Positions 10,311 through 19,749 of a stretch of DNA of 64,000 bases are shown one piece after another. Below the pieces are notes generated by a model. It ran no database searches. It was not told the DNA's origin and worked only from the letters and a program-made list of their open reading frames with translations. A program made the position numbers and the translations under genes. Location: positions 163,619 through 227,618 of the IMG/VR virus record IMGVR_UViG_3300028591_000081; one strand, written 5' to 3'. The stretch's first letter is position 1. Each line of letters begins with the position of its first letter. The stretch is from a virus. Lineage: Duplodnaviria > Caudoviricetes.

Positions 10311-10342
10311 AAAGCGCATACCGTGATACGGATATGCGCTTT
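10311..10342 (-). terminator. Intrinsic terminator
   Basis: AAAGCGCATA/TATGCGCTTT stem. Confidence 0.7.
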
Positions 10343-10364
10343 GAAGGTAGATCAGACCAAACTT

Positions 10365-11228
10365 TTAATGCCGCAACATAGTTCTCAGGTTTTGTGGCCA
10401 CCCATCAATCGTATCGGTAATCTTTTCCCAATACTCACAAAGTTCGTCAGCGATCTCCTGAAGATTGACCATACTATCCAGACGTTCAATCGTAGTCTTT
10501 AATTCATGCATAGCGTAATCAAAGGAGGATTCAAAAGCACCGTCCACACGATCCATCTCCTCAAGCATGTCAAGGAACGACTCGGTAGAAATCTTCCCAC
10601 GTCCTTTCAGCATCTCTAGGTACTTAGGAAGATCAGAGTCCTCATTCAAATCGAAATCAATATCCGGCTCCAGAAACAAATGAGCGTCGCTTCCAGCAAT
10701 GCGTGACTCGGAGGCATCTTCCAACTGATCAAGACAGGACATGATGCGGTCTTGATAATAAGCCACCTCCTCATTGTCCCGTTTGTGCTCCTGAACCCAA
10801 TACCTGCACCCCCGAACATAGCTTACGAGACGATCTGCATCCTGAGAGGACAGAAAACTCCCTCTCTTCAAAGCCTCACGAATTGTGTTCAAATCCGGAT
10901 CGTCGTCGAGAGAATCATTGGCTTCCTCAAAAGCCTCGAACATCTGAACCATCTCGTCTTTCAGATCAGATTTTTCAGCAGAGGTAAGGAACTTCCTTCG
11001 AGATGTGAAAGACTTTTTTATGTACCCCATGGTCGTTAATACACTCTGGATGTATCGGTCGTTCAGTTTGATGTACAACTCACCCAAATTGCGGAACAGA
11101 CTCTCGGTATCCACACGGAAAACCTCACTGTTATCTGCGTACAGCCATTCCAAGAGGTCTTGAATCGGGTAGTCTCCAAACTGTTCATACTGTAAGGATT
11201 CGCAAATTCTACGATTGATTCTGAACAT
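10365..11228 (-). CDS. Putative internal head protein, acidic helical
   Basis: Leader MFRINRRICE|SL; very D/E-rich body. Confidence 0.55.
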   Translation of the reverse strand: MFRINRRICESLQYEQFGDYPIQDLLEWLYADNSEVFRVDTESLFRNLGELYIKLNDRYIQSVLTTMGYIKKSFTSRRKFLTSAEKSDLKDEMVQMFEAFEEANDSLDDDPDLNTIREALKRGSFLSSQDADRLVSYVRGCRYWVQEHKRDNEEVAYYQDRIMSCLDQLEDASESRIAGSDAHLFLEPDIDFDLNEDSDLPKYLEMLKGRGKISTESFLDMLEEMDRVDGAFESSFDYAMHELKTTIERLDSMVNLQEIADELCEYWEKITDTIDGWPQNLRTMLRH

Positions 11229-11276
11229 AAGACTTCCTTAAAAGGAAAGGGAGGTATCTCACTCCCTTAGTTTGTT

Positions 11277-13133
11277 TTAGTCTCTTCCGTCATAGATGAC
11301 ATCTTCATAGTCATCAGGGTCTACCTCACGAATACTTCCTTCCTGTGCCCATGTATAAATACCACCATCGTGATAGCGGTAGACATCCGCAAACAGGTCG
11401 GTCTCTTCCGTTCGGTACATCTCGTCATAGAACAGGTCTGCATTTTCTTTTACCAGCAGTTCACAAATTTCCTGATCATTGAGATTCTCAAGATTTTCAG
11501 GAATGGTGTCGAAGTATTTTTCAGGATCCTCACGAACCCATCCGGCCAGAATCTCTTCACGGAGTTCCGCTACGGAATCCTCTGGAACAGTAAGTCCGGG
11601 AGCATTCTCAGAACACCAGTTGGCCGCGATGTCCAGAGCCTCTCCTTCCCAAGGTGCCCAGACAAGCATCGTTGAAAGCTGATAACCGGCTCCCGGCCAT
11701 AGACCTACCAAATACAGATTACTGCCGTCCGAAGAATCATTGATGCACCCATAATCAGGGTCTTCGATGTTATTGCTCTCGAAACGACGTGACTTTCCAT
11801 TCGCTTTCATCTTACGTATCGCCTTGGTTTCAACATAGTTACGGTTCACGGTATTACGAACACTGCCAGCATCAGCAGGATCGTTGTTCGCGATGACATC
11901 CAAAGCCTCACCAAATGAGGCACACGCACAACGAATGAGGTAACGAAGACTGTCTTCCTGATCCTGTACACCTGCCGTACAGAGGGCCGTAGGATAATAT
12001 GTGTTGTCCACAAAGGAACATTCATAAGCACGACCTTTGCGTTTCACATAAGCCTTGAAGGTCTTTTCCACAGCATCAGAGACTTCCTGACGGGATGCCG
12101 AGAAACCTTCCATCTTACGAACCGTAACGGCCACACAGAAGGCGTTCAGGTCATAGTCCCCTTCCGGATCATCCAAGCTACCAACATACGGTACACAAAT
12201 CTGAACTACGAAACGAGCCTTCCACGGATTATCACCAGTCGAGCCAGCACAATCCAGAGCAATTCCGCCTACCATACAATGAGCGGTATCCAGACCGTAA
12301 TCTTCCTGAGAAGGATCTCCATCCCATTTGTCAATCCAACGGCGGCCCGTAGGATTGACTGCAAGACCTCCGAACCCAGCTTTCAAGGTTTCAACCAGCG
12401 TTGCGTCATCCGTACTGGATTCTTTAGACATGGAGACGTTGGTGTTCGTTGAGGACTTCAAACGGTTGACGAACTTCAATGCCTCGTCCTCAGCAATCAC
12501 ACGGTACGCGCTACGTTCCCAGTCCTGACGGTTGCCCGGACGACTCTTCTTTGCCGCCTTGTCATCAGGTGCGACACCGGCGATGCGTTTCTTGGCTTGA
12601 AGATAAGCACTGTCAGGGTCTTCGAGGTCTTGGTATTTCTTGTTATGGAAATGTGCACCGGCCCCGTGATCGAGGCTTTTGGAATCGACATCCCCAAACC
12701 CTGTCTGTGTAGAGGCAATAAGGTCTGCAACGCCGGGATAATCCTCAGGAAGTCCAAGCTGTTTAATGGTAGCCAGCACGTCCAGAGCCTTTGCAACCTC
12801 AGAATCATCCGTAAGATCGCGAAGAAGATCCACAATCTCGTCATCGGAAAGAATGTCGTTCTTTTTGCACGCGATGAGGATCTTCTTCAACCGGCTGACT
12901 GCGGACTTTTTGTTTGAAAAGTCATCCCCAACGTCTACCACACCTGATGCCCCGATACCACGACCGGTCTTGATGAAACGGATCAGAGCCTTGATTTCTT
13001 TGTCAATCTCACGCTGACCATGACTACCAACGATGGAAAGATTGAAGATCTTCTGATCAATCACATCCCCATCCTCATAGGACTCAAACCGACGCGCTCT
13101 CAGGCGTCCACGACTGCATGTGTGTCTAATCAT
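11277..13133 (-). CDS. Putative internal head polyprotein
   Basis: Leader MIRHTCSRGRLRARRFE|SY (AAGGG RBS); internal linker KAIRKMKANGKSRRFE|SN before an acidic C-terminal module. Confidence 0.6.
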   Translation of the reverse strand: MIRHTCSRGRLRARRFESYEDGDVIDQKIFNLSIVGSHGQREIDKEIKALIRFIKTGRGIGASGVVDVGDDFSNKKSAVSRLKKILIACKKNDILSDDEIVDLLRDLTDDSEVAKALDVLATIKQLGLPEDYPGVADLIASTQTGFGDVDSKSLDHGAGAHFHNKKYQDLEDPDSAYLQAKKRIAGVAPDDKAAKKSRPGNRQDWERSAYRVIAEDEALKFVNRLKSSTNTNVSMSKESSTDDATLVETLKAGFGGLAVNPTGRRWIDKWDGDPSQEDYGLDTAHCMVGGIALDCAGSTGDNPWKARFVVQICVPYVGSLDDPEGDYDLNAFCVAVTVRKMEGFSASRQEVSDAVEKTFKAYVKRKGRAYECSFVDNTYYPTALCTAGVQDQEDSLRYLIRCACASFGEALDVIANNDPADAGSVRNTVNRNYVETKAIRKMKANGKSRRFESNNIEDPDYGCINDSSDGSNLYLVGLWPGAGYQLSTMLVWAPWEGEALDIAANWCSENAPGLTVPEDSVAELREEILAGWVREDPEKYFDTIPENLENLNDQEICELLVKENADLFYDEMYRTEETDLFADVYRYHDGGIYTWAQEGSIREVDPDDYEDVIYDGRD

Positions 13134-13144
13134 ACCAAAACCCT

Positions 13145-13444
13145 TTATATGTGTGATGCTGTCCCACAATACCTCATAAACTCCTGAGGCAGGAAGCGAA
13201 CGAACTGAACAATAAACCCACGAAGACACGTTACTGCACGGTCGTAATACTGCCGACGAAATTCTCTGTCCTTCTCGAAGTAAAACACATGTCTTTTTTG
13301 GTCATACTGCATACTACGAATCAGGGCGTCAAATTTCTTTGGACAGCTATACGGCCACAGCCACTTTACACCATAACTTTGGATATTCCGCACCACGGAA
13401 CGACCAAAGGCATCCGTGAATCTGTTGTGGATTTCAAAGCGCAT
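13145..13444 (-). CDS. Hypothetical protein
   Basis: ORF with GGAGG RBS, downstream of the motif promoter at 13474-13515. Confidence 0.6.
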   Translation of the reverse strand: MRFEIHNRFTDAFGRSVVRNIQSYGVKWLWPYSCPKKFDALIRSMQYDQKRHVFYFEKDREFRRQYYDRAVTCLRGFIVQFVRFLPQEFMRYCGTASHI

Positions 13445-13473
13445 ACACCCTCCGACGAAGACCGACCTTCCTT

Positions 13474-13515
13474 ATGATAACAGAAGTCCAGTTATCCAAC
13501 CAAATCAGCACCATT
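13474..13515 (-). promoter_or_regulatory. Motif promoter (ATGGTGCTGAT-N24-TATCAT)
   Basis: Upstream box 13504-13514, TG-extended -10 at 13474-13479. Confidence 0.6.
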
Positions 13516-13548
13516 CAAGGATTTCAACATAACGGAGGTGTGTGCATA

Positions 13549-14562
13549 ATGTCGATTCTCATTACAGGAGGGGCTGGTTTTATAGGCCATCATCTCGCAA
13601 AGCATCTTCTGGAAACATCCTCAGAAGAGCTTGTTCTCATTGACCATCTGGAGGTGGATTACACCGAAAACTTCTATCGTGACATGATGCTGAAATTCAC
13701 AAGACTCTCGCGCCTTGGTATAGACAAGGGTGACTTGATTTCAGGAAAAACCACGATTGTGAATGACCGGTGTGTGTTTCATCGTATGGATATTACAGAC
13801 CGAAAAAATCTTGAGGAAGTGTTTCAGGAACATCGAATCTCCACCGTAATCCATCTCGCCGCCCAAGCCGGAGTTCGAAAGTCTTCTGAGTGCCCTGAGG
13901 AATACATTGCTTCAAACCTAACAGGGTTCTTCAATGTTCTTGACCTCTCAAGAATCTACGGTGTCTCGAAATTCGTGTACGCCTCTAGCTCAAGTGTGTA
14001 CGGAGACTTGCAAAAAGAAAGGTTCTCAGAAGACGACATGCTGGGTTTGCCAAAGAGCTTGTACGCCGCCACAAAGCGTTCTGATGAATTGCTGGCCCAG
14101 TCCTATGCTTCCATGTTCAATATGCCCACCATTGGACTTAGGTTCTTCTCCGTGTATGGGGAGTACGGACGGCCAGATATGGTCGTGTGGAAATGGGTTT
14201 ATGGGATATTAAACGATACCCCAGTAGTCATGTTTGGGAACGGAACGATGGAACGGGATTTCACTTATGTGGGCGACATTGTTCAAGGAATCTCAAAAAT
14301 CCTTGGTACAGAAAAGCATGAAGGAGCGCATATTTACAACCTAGGATACGGGAAACCAGTGAAAATTTCGGATCTGATTCATCGCATCGAAGACCTGTGT
14401 GGAAAACGTGCAAAAATTCAGATGCGTCCAGCGCATCCTTCAGACGTAGAACGAACCTGCGCAGACATCACCAAATTCTTTGCAGAGTATGGGTACAAAC
14501 CCGAAACCACTCTTGAACAAGGCTTGGAACGGTTTGTAAGCTGGTTCAGGAATTACTCGTAG
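13549..14562 (+). CDS. NAD-dependent epimerase/dehydratase (UDP-glucuronate 4-epimerase-like)
   Basis: ITGGAGFIG Rossmann motif, HLAAQAGVR, YASSSSVYG, catalytic YAATK, RFFSVYGEYGRPDM, RDFTYV. Confidence 0.92.
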   Translation: MSILITGGAGFIGHHLAKHLLETSSEELVLIDHLEVDYTENFYRDMMLKFTRLSRLGIDKGDLISGKTTIVNDRCVFHRMDITDRKNLEEVFQEHRISTVIHLAAQAGVRKSSECPEEYIASNLTGFFNVLDLSRIYGVSKFVYASSSSVYGDLQKERFSEDDMLGLPKSLYAATKRSDELLAQSYASMFNMPTIGLRFFSVYGEYGRPDMVVWKWVYGILNDTPVVMFGNGTMERDFTYVGDIVQGISKILGTEKHEGAHIYNLGYGKPVKISDLIHRIEDLCGKRAKIQMRPAHPSDVERTCADITKFFAEYGYKPETTLEQGLERFVSWFRNYS

Positions 14563-14563
14563 T

Positions 14564-14605
14564 TGTGGTGCTGAAGCTACCTGCATTGAAAATTTGTGCT
14601 ATGGA
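14564..14605 (+). promoter_or_regulatory. Motif promoter (TGTGGTGCTGAA-N24-TATGGA)
   Basis: Exact box 14564-14575; TGC-TATGGA at 14597-14605. Confidence 0.6.
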
Positions 14606-14681
14606 TACACCAGAAGTTAGGTGAACTTCAAGTTCAAACCAACTCAAGAGTTCAAAAAATCGCTTTGCAGGAGAAAGAGAC

Positions 14682-15458
14682 ATGAAAACCAACATGAACA
14701 CCCGTACAAATCTTTTCACTATCCTCATTATAACCCTTTTGGCATTACTGACGGCTACCGCTTGCAACAATGATCCCTGCGTCCAGTTCGACAGGATGAC
14801 CGCAGATACCTCAGGTAAGTACAGTTCTCAAGAAATCCGAGAAACAGAAAAGGCATGTCAGACGATAGTGAACCAAGACATCAAGGGAATGTCCGAAAGA
14901 CAGGTCTATGAGAAGTTCTGTTCCATGAAAGAATGGGACTCCGGAGGCAAGCTGACTGAAGTACGTAGAACCTCATGTGAGCAGTTTTACACTCTGAAAT
15001 TCAGTGAACATCCAGATTACGTTCACTATCTGTGTACCCCTAAAAACGACATAGGTATTCCTGCCATCATCTCCAGAGGGAGTCAAGCATACAACTTCTC
15101 GTCAGTAGAGTTCCAGACCATTTACACCGGAAACCTTCCGATGCCGTACATGAAAATCACTCTGGATGGCAAGTATTACGGAACGGTTCCTGAGACGATG
15201 AATCTCACCCTGACCAACGAACGGTATGCCAATATGCGTATGGATAAGATCACATGCACAGCCAATGGAAAGGACTCCAGAGTGGCGTATGACCAAGACC
15301 GTGTGCAATGTGAAATCATCATCAAGGAAGGATTCAGCGACGACCCGGAGAAATACGGAATCAAGGCCAGAGAAGACGAGTCTCTCAGAAGCATGGCCGT
15401 AATCATCGGAAACGTCACCAACTGTGAAGACCTCAAACCAAAAGACTGGAAGAGATGA
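14682..15458 (+). CDS. Putative lipoprotein
   Basis: Basic N-terminus, hydrophobic LFTILIITLLALL, lipobox-like ATAC; AGGAG RBS. Confidence 0.65.
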   Translation: MKTNMNTRTNLFTILIITLLALLTATACNNDPCVQFDRMTADTSGKYSSQEIRETEKACQTIVNQDIKGMSERQVYEKFCSMKEWDSGGKLTEVRRTSCEQFYTLKFSEHPDYVHYLCTPKNDIGIPAIISRGSQAYNFSSVEFQTIYTGNLPMPYMKITLDGKYYGTVPETMNLTLTNERYANMRMDKITCTANGKDSRVAYDQDRVQCEIIIKEGFSDDPEKYGIKAREDESLRSMAVIIGNVTNCEDLKPKDWKR

Positions 15459-15494
15459 GACTCAGAACAAACTTCTCTGTGTGAAGACAAAAAC

Positions 15495-15566
15495 GGCCTC
15501 TCTGACAACGATTTCGGATGTACCCTTACTACCATAGTGATGTAAAAGAAAACGCGTCAGAGGGGC
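15495..15566. repeat. Copy B of 61-bp-core palindrome
   Basis: TCTG 15501, CGATTT 15509-15514, 33-nt spacer, CAGA ends 15561; lies between convergent genes. Confidence 0.65.
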
Positions 15567-15589
15567 AGTTTTATGTCCTGTATGAAGAA

Positions 15590-16549
15590 CTAAGATTGCG
15601 AGTCCTTGTACCGATAATCTTCAAGACTCCATGCAATGACATTCATTGTATGTTCAAGGTCAAGGAGGGCCTTCTCGATGGCATCACAAATCGCAAAGGT
15701 TCCTTTTCGATTTTCTGCATGATCAACGGTTATCTCTGATACAAACCCATTGTCCTCAAGACGATCAAAGATTTCCTGAATGGAATCAAACCGATCCACA
15801 TAAATCTTGTAGACAGGCTTGATAAAGGACACAGTAGCCGAATACGAGAGTCCTTGGTTATCAGGATTCGATTCGAAGTTGCCGCAAGACACGGTAATCA
15901 GAGTGACGACCTTCTGGTTCGGAACCTTCGAAAGAAAATCTTCATACTCACACTTCACAAGGAATTCGTGATCACTGAAGTCAATCGAAGTCACCTCGTA
16001 ATGACGCGACAGAATGCGTTGATTGATGACCTTTACCTTATCACCACCCGGTCGGAAGATGTTACGCCCCTCCTCCTCTTCTCTTACCATGTTACGAGTT
16101 CTGAATTTAATCATACGCCCCTCCTCCTCTTCTCTTACCATGTTACGAGTTCTGAATTTAATCATACGCCCCTCCTCACTCTCTTCTTCTCCGCCTCCTT
16201 CTTCGGGCTGTTCTGGTTCCGTTTCAGGAGCCACTTCACCACCACCTTCCGCATTGTCTTCACCAGTACTGGTTTCAGGCTCAACTTCCTCGCCGCCCTC
16301 TTCGGATTCTTTTTCCGCTTCATCCAGATCGATACCAATCCCCTCAAGGGCTTGCTCAATCCGTTCGATGACGGCCTCTCCTCGCTCCACACGATCCGAC
16401 AGAGTAGAGACTAGTTCCTGCAACTGAGCAAGAACAGCATCGAACCCCATCGAAACACGATCTGCGGGCTGACTATCCTCATTCATCGGAACACGCGTAA
16501 TGCTCTGCACGAACTCCGTAGAGGCTATTTTACATTTAGGTGTAATCAT
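15590..16549 (-). CDS. Putative internal head polyprotein with duplicated internal leader
   Basis: Leader ..ITRVPMNE|D, coiled coil, Glu-rich linker, then MIKFRTRNMVREEEEGR twice. Confidence 0.6.
   Translation of the reverse strand: MITPKCKIASTEFVQSITRVPMNEDSQPADRVSMGFDAVLAQLQELVSTLSDRVERGEAVIERIEQALEGIGIDLDEAEKESEEGGEEVEPETSTGEDNAEGGGEVAPETEPEQPEEGGGEEESEEGRMIKFRTRNMVREEEEGRMIKFRTRNMVREEEEGRNIFRPGGDKVKVINQRILSRHYEVTSIDFSDHEFLVKCEYEDFLSKVPNQKVVTLITVSCGNFESNPDNQGLSYSATVSFIKPVYKIYVDRFDSIQEIFDRLEDNGFVSEITVDHAENRKGTFAICDAIEKALLDLEHTMNVIAWSLEDYRYKDSQS
16063..16177. repeat. Perfect 51-bp tandem repeat, 2.25 copies, in frame
   Basis: Units 16063-16113, 16114-16164 and partial 16165-16177. Confidence 0.95.
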
Positions 16550-16575
16550 AATCTGTCTCCTTTAGCCTGAACCCA

Positions 16576-17688
16576 TTACCGGATTCTTCGGTTCTGAGAC
16601 TTTCTCGACTCCAAACCCATATAACGTCGTTCGATGTCGTTATCGGTAAGGATGTCTGCACAAAGAAGAATGTCTCTGGCCAGCGAGTCGTACCCACCAC
16701 GGAAATCGAAGAAGGACAGGTCAGACATACCGTACATCTCATCACCGTATTTCCTGAGAAGGCCCTGAATTTCACCCTTATGATTTGCACAGAGCAGTTC
16801 TGCCTTACGATTTCCGGCTTTCCACGCCTCTTTCAGATCATCTATCAGATCCTTACTCATGTCGCTACGAAGGGTATCAAGACTCTCATATCTACACTTC
16901 CTGCTCTCCTTGGAGTTCTTCAGATCATAGATAGCATTGGCAAGATCTCCAGCAAAGGACTTCATTTGACGCTGGACGGCACTGAAATCAGGACCAAGCC
17001 ACCGTTTCCAAGAAGCCGTCCAAGAACCTCCATCCATCTCACGATTGGCCCGCTGTACCTGATCTTGTACAGAGGAAGCCTGTTTCAAGAGACGGTCTTT
17101 CGAGACGCCCTGCCCTTCCAGTTCGCACAACTTGTTGAAGTTGGTGCAAATAAGAATCCCTGTCTCTGCGGCATCAGGGATGCCCCACTGATTGCGTTTG
17201 GCCTGCATAGCTATATCTGCCTTATCCCAAAGAGCGTCAGGAACAAACAGATCCGCAAACTTCAATGCTTTTGAACCGGCTTCCTTCTTGAGGGGTCGGT
17301 TCGAAGGTCTTTTTGCCTCAAGAGCACATTCGGCACCGCATCCATCCAGAGCCACAACCTTGTCCAAAAGGTTTTTGTCCAGACAACGGAACTTGCCAAT
17401 AAGGATGTAATCACCACCCTCACGTGTAGGGTATGCAAAACAGGAAACCCAGTTATTGGTAATCTCAACCTCACAGAAGGTACCGTCAATCATGGCGTCT
17501 TCATTGTCGGATCGAATCGCAATAAAATTGTCTCCCGGTTCTTCTTCAATAATTTCCCAATCGCCTCGGGCGGCAATGTTCAAAGCCTGACATACCTCTT
17601 CGGCAACAGAACGTCGATATTCGGCATCGCTCAGGGCAGACTCGTGTTTGAGGGTATAGGAATTACGTTTGTTTGTAGGACGTATCAT
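16576..17688 (-). CDS. Putative internal head polyprotein (3 modules)
   Basis: Leader MIRPTNKRNSYTLKHE|SA; linkers KRPSNRPLKKE|AG and KESRKCRYE|SL; tail GLE|SRKSQNRRIR; GGAGG RBS. Confidence 0.6.
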   Translation of the reverse strand: MIRPTNKRNSYTLKHESALSDAEYRRSVAEEVCQALNIAARGDWEIIEEEPGDNFIAIRSDNEDAMIDGTFCEVEITNNWVSCFAYPTREGGDYILIGKFRCLDKNLLDKVVALDGCGAECALEAKRPSNRPLKKEAGSKALKFADLFVPDALWDKADIAMQAKRNQWGIPDAAETGILICTNFNKLCELEGQGVSKDRLLKQASSVQDQVQRANREMDGGSWTASWKRWLGPDFSAVQRQMKSFAGDLANAIYDLKNSKESRKCRYESLDTLRSDMSKDLIDDLKEAWKAGNRKAELLCANHKGEIQGLLRKYGDEMYGMSDLSFFDFRGGYDSLARDILLCADILTDNDIERRYMGLESRKSQNRRIR

Positions 17689-17699
17689 GTATGCCTCCA

Positions 17700-18443
17700 C
17701 TAGTCTCGACGGATTTCAAAGATACCGTCATCTGTCTGAACGAACTCTAAGTCCATCTGGATGTCACGGCCAAATGCTTCATAATCGAAGTAGCGTTCCT
17801 GATTCTCTTTACCGACGCCATCCCAACCGAGCTGATCCACGACTTCACGACCGATTTCTTCATCATCGGCACGGTCATCACCACACCAGTACTCTCCGGC
17901 GGTCTCAGGATCTTCCGATTCCATAGGATAGTACTCCAGACGAATATCCCGTCCATACGCCTCATAATCGAAGTAATTCTCAACGTTCCTCAACTCACTG
18001 AATCCTATGGAATCCACATAGTAGGCACCGATCTCCTCATCCATCTTATGGGACAGTCTCTCATCGCTAATCTTCACCACGGAATCATTTGCGATGAGGT
18101 CTAAAGCGTCACGAAAGTCACCAGAGTATTCCATCGCGGCCTTGAACTCTTCTTCCTTGTCGTCGTCCACGATACTCTCAAGGGCCTCGGCATACTCATT
18201 GACATCATCGAGACTCATGTATTCACCGAGTCCATCCAGATCCACCCAGTCATAGTCCGTGTCCCAATCGGTGAAAAACCACTCTTCATAGACAGAACCG
18301 TCTCCACGATCTTCCCCAATACCTACCTTCTTCAGACTGTCTTTGAAGTCGTCCTCATCACACGGAAAGGAAACCCACACATAGTCCAAGTCGCCTTCGT
18401 TATACTTGCCGAGATTCGTCAATGCACCACGTAATACGTCCAT
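17700..18443 (-). CDS. ardA: ArdA-like antirestriction (DNA mimic) protein
   Basis: LTNLGKYNEG..WVSFP, YEEWFFTDWD, YFDYEAYGRD motifs; highly acidic. Confidence 0.88.
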   Translation of the reverse strand: MDVLRGALTNLGKYNEGDLDYVWVSFPCDEDDFKDSLKKVGIGEDRGDGSVYEEWFFTDWDTDYDWVDLDGLGEYMSLDDVNEYAEALESIVDDDKEEEFKAAMEYSGDFRDALDLIANDSVVKISDERLSHKMDEEIGAYYVDSIGFSELRNVENYFDYEAYGRDIRLEYYPMESEDPETAGEYWCGDDRADDEEIGREVVDQLGWDGVGKENQERYFDYEAFGRDIQMDLEFVQTDDGIFEIRRD

Positions 18444-18510
18444 AATCAGTTCTCCTGTATGTTAAGATCTCTCGCCTACTGGTGGAGAATACGTCAAAAC
18501 ACATTGAAGT

Positions 18511-18552
18511 TTGATACCACCAAAGCTAAGGAAAATCCTCATCAGCACCACA
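18511..18552 (-). promoter_or_regulatory. Motif promoter for ardA (TGTGGTGCTGAT-N24-TATCAA)
   Basis: Box 18541-18552, TGG-TATCAA at 18511-18519. Confidence 0.6.
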
Positions 18553-18559
18553 AAAGAGA

Positions 18560-18602
18560 TATGGTGCTGAGCTGAGTAACAAACACAGCTCTATGATAAA
18601 CT
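18560..18602 (+). promoter_or_regulatory. Divergent motif promoter (TATGGTGCTGAG-N25-TAAACT)
   Basis: Box 18560-18571 forms an inverted pair with the ardA box; TGA-TAAACT at 18594-18602. Confidence 0.55.
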
Positions 18603-18652
18603 CATCAGGTATTAGGTATGGCATGACGCCAACCTTGCTATGGAGTATCGCC

Positions 18653-19042
18653 ATGATAGAATTTGTGTCGTATGATGGAAAGTTTCCAACCCTGTGTGAA
18701 GGGCTTCTTGTGGTTAGAATAGACGGTAAGCTGTACGCATTCTGCCCGTACCCAAACGAATCCCTGTACAGATCGTTCTGGAACCGTTTAGACCGAATGG
18801 AAGTCCTTGAGGATGACAATATCACCAAAGTGTTCGGTTTTTATCTGGAGTCAGGTGGGTACATTGACTGGGGTGATGACAGAGAAAGTCCAAAGATCGT
18901 AGAAGGAAAGTGGACAATCGACGACGAAACCATGAAGCTGGAGAATGGTGTACGGTTTATCCTATCAGGCGAACAGAAGTCAGAACTCGAAAAAGTGATC
19001 AACCAGAACATCGAATTTGGATGCTGTGGAGGATGTGTCTGA
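18653..19042 (+). CDS. Hypothetical phage protein (C-terminal GCCGGC)
   Basis: MIEFVSYDGKFPTLCEG..GCCGGCV; GGAG RBS. Confidence 0.7.
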   Translation: MIEFVSYDGKFPTLCEGLLVVRIDGKLYAFCPYPNESLYRSFWNRLDRMEVLEDDNITKVFGFYLESGGYIDWGDDRESPKIVEGKWTIDDETMKLENGVRFILSGEQKSELEKVINQNIEFGCCGGCV

Positions 19043-19088
19043 CCTCACAAATAAAAAGAGCGACTGGATAATCAGTTGCTCTTTACAA

Positions 19089-19469
19089 TCATTCCATAGA
19101 ATGGCCTGAGTAACGATATTTTGAACACCTACGGACTCGTTCAAGAACTTCACTGTGTTTTCCAAACCGATACAGAATTATAGCGTCATCAAGTATTTCG
19201 TAAAGCAACACCCTATCTCCTTGAGGATGACAATCTCTTACATTCACAGCATCCTTTAACCCTCTAACACGGCCTTGTAAAGGATGGTCATCATACATAG
19301 CAGGAAGGGGTTGTCTGTTACCGATCATTCTGACGACGGTGAAGAGAGCTTCAAGGGTGTTTCTGTCCCTATTCTCATTATAGGATTTCAAATCGGTCTT
19401 AAACTGAGAAGATTTGAGCAAATTGAGACTGACCACTCCCACATGACCCAAAAATTGTTCCCACCTCAT
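19089..19469 (-). CDS. yafQ: YafQ-family ribosome-dependent mRNA interferase toxin
   Basis: QFKTDLK..LPAMYDDHPLQG..RDCH..DRVLLY..RFGKHSEV with the three conserved His positions. Confidence 0.85.
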   Translation of the reverse strand: MRWEQFLGHVGVVSLNLLKSSQFKTDLKSYNENRDRNTLEALFTVVRMIGNRQPLPAMYDDHPLQGRVRGLKDAVNVRDCHPQGDRVLLYEILDDAIILYRFGKHSEVLERVRRCSKYRYSGHSME

Positions 19470-19687
19470 CAGCTCTCTCCGTCAGCATAGTACTCGGACA
19501 GTATGTGTGCACGTTCTGAAAAAGCCTCAAGGGTCTCTTTGTTAGGAACAAACTCATTACCATCCATATATCCTACACAAGGATGTCCGTCAGGGTCTTT
19601 GGAAGATTCGCAAACCCGTGTTTTTTGACGAACCCTAGAAATGCTCTCTTCTGTAATGTTTTTCCTCTTCCGTATAATCATGCTCAT
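19469..19687 (-). CDS. DinJ/RelB-like antitoxin remnant with a basic leader
   Basis: VPNKETLEAF resembles the DinJ/RelB C-terminal PNxETxxA motif; TGATG overlap with yafQ; N-terminus MSMIIRKRKNITEE|S..RVCE|S instead of an RHH domain. Confidence 0.5.
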   Translation of the reverse strand: MSMIIRKRKNITEESISRVRQKTRVCESSKDPDGHPCVGYMDGNEFVPNKETLEAFSERAHILSEYYADGES

Positions 19688-19706
19688 ACCTCACAAAACG
19701 TGGACT

Positions 19707-19749
19707 AAAAGAAATAGCGTGCTGAAATACCCAGCACGCTATTTCTTTT
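19707..19749. terminator. Intrinsic terminator (18-bp perfect stem)
   Basis: AAAAGAAATAGCGTGCTG/CAGCACGCTATTTCTTTT. Confidence 0.75.

Noticed and set aside
13474-13548. Longer N-terminal starts in the ORF track (also 59542, 34661, 18593, 47021)
   Set aside because: These extensions overlap predicted promoter elements, and downstream ATGs have better RBSs.
16063-16177. Possible CRISPR array
   Set aside because: The repeats are contiguous with no spacers, in frame within a CDS, and no cas genes are present.
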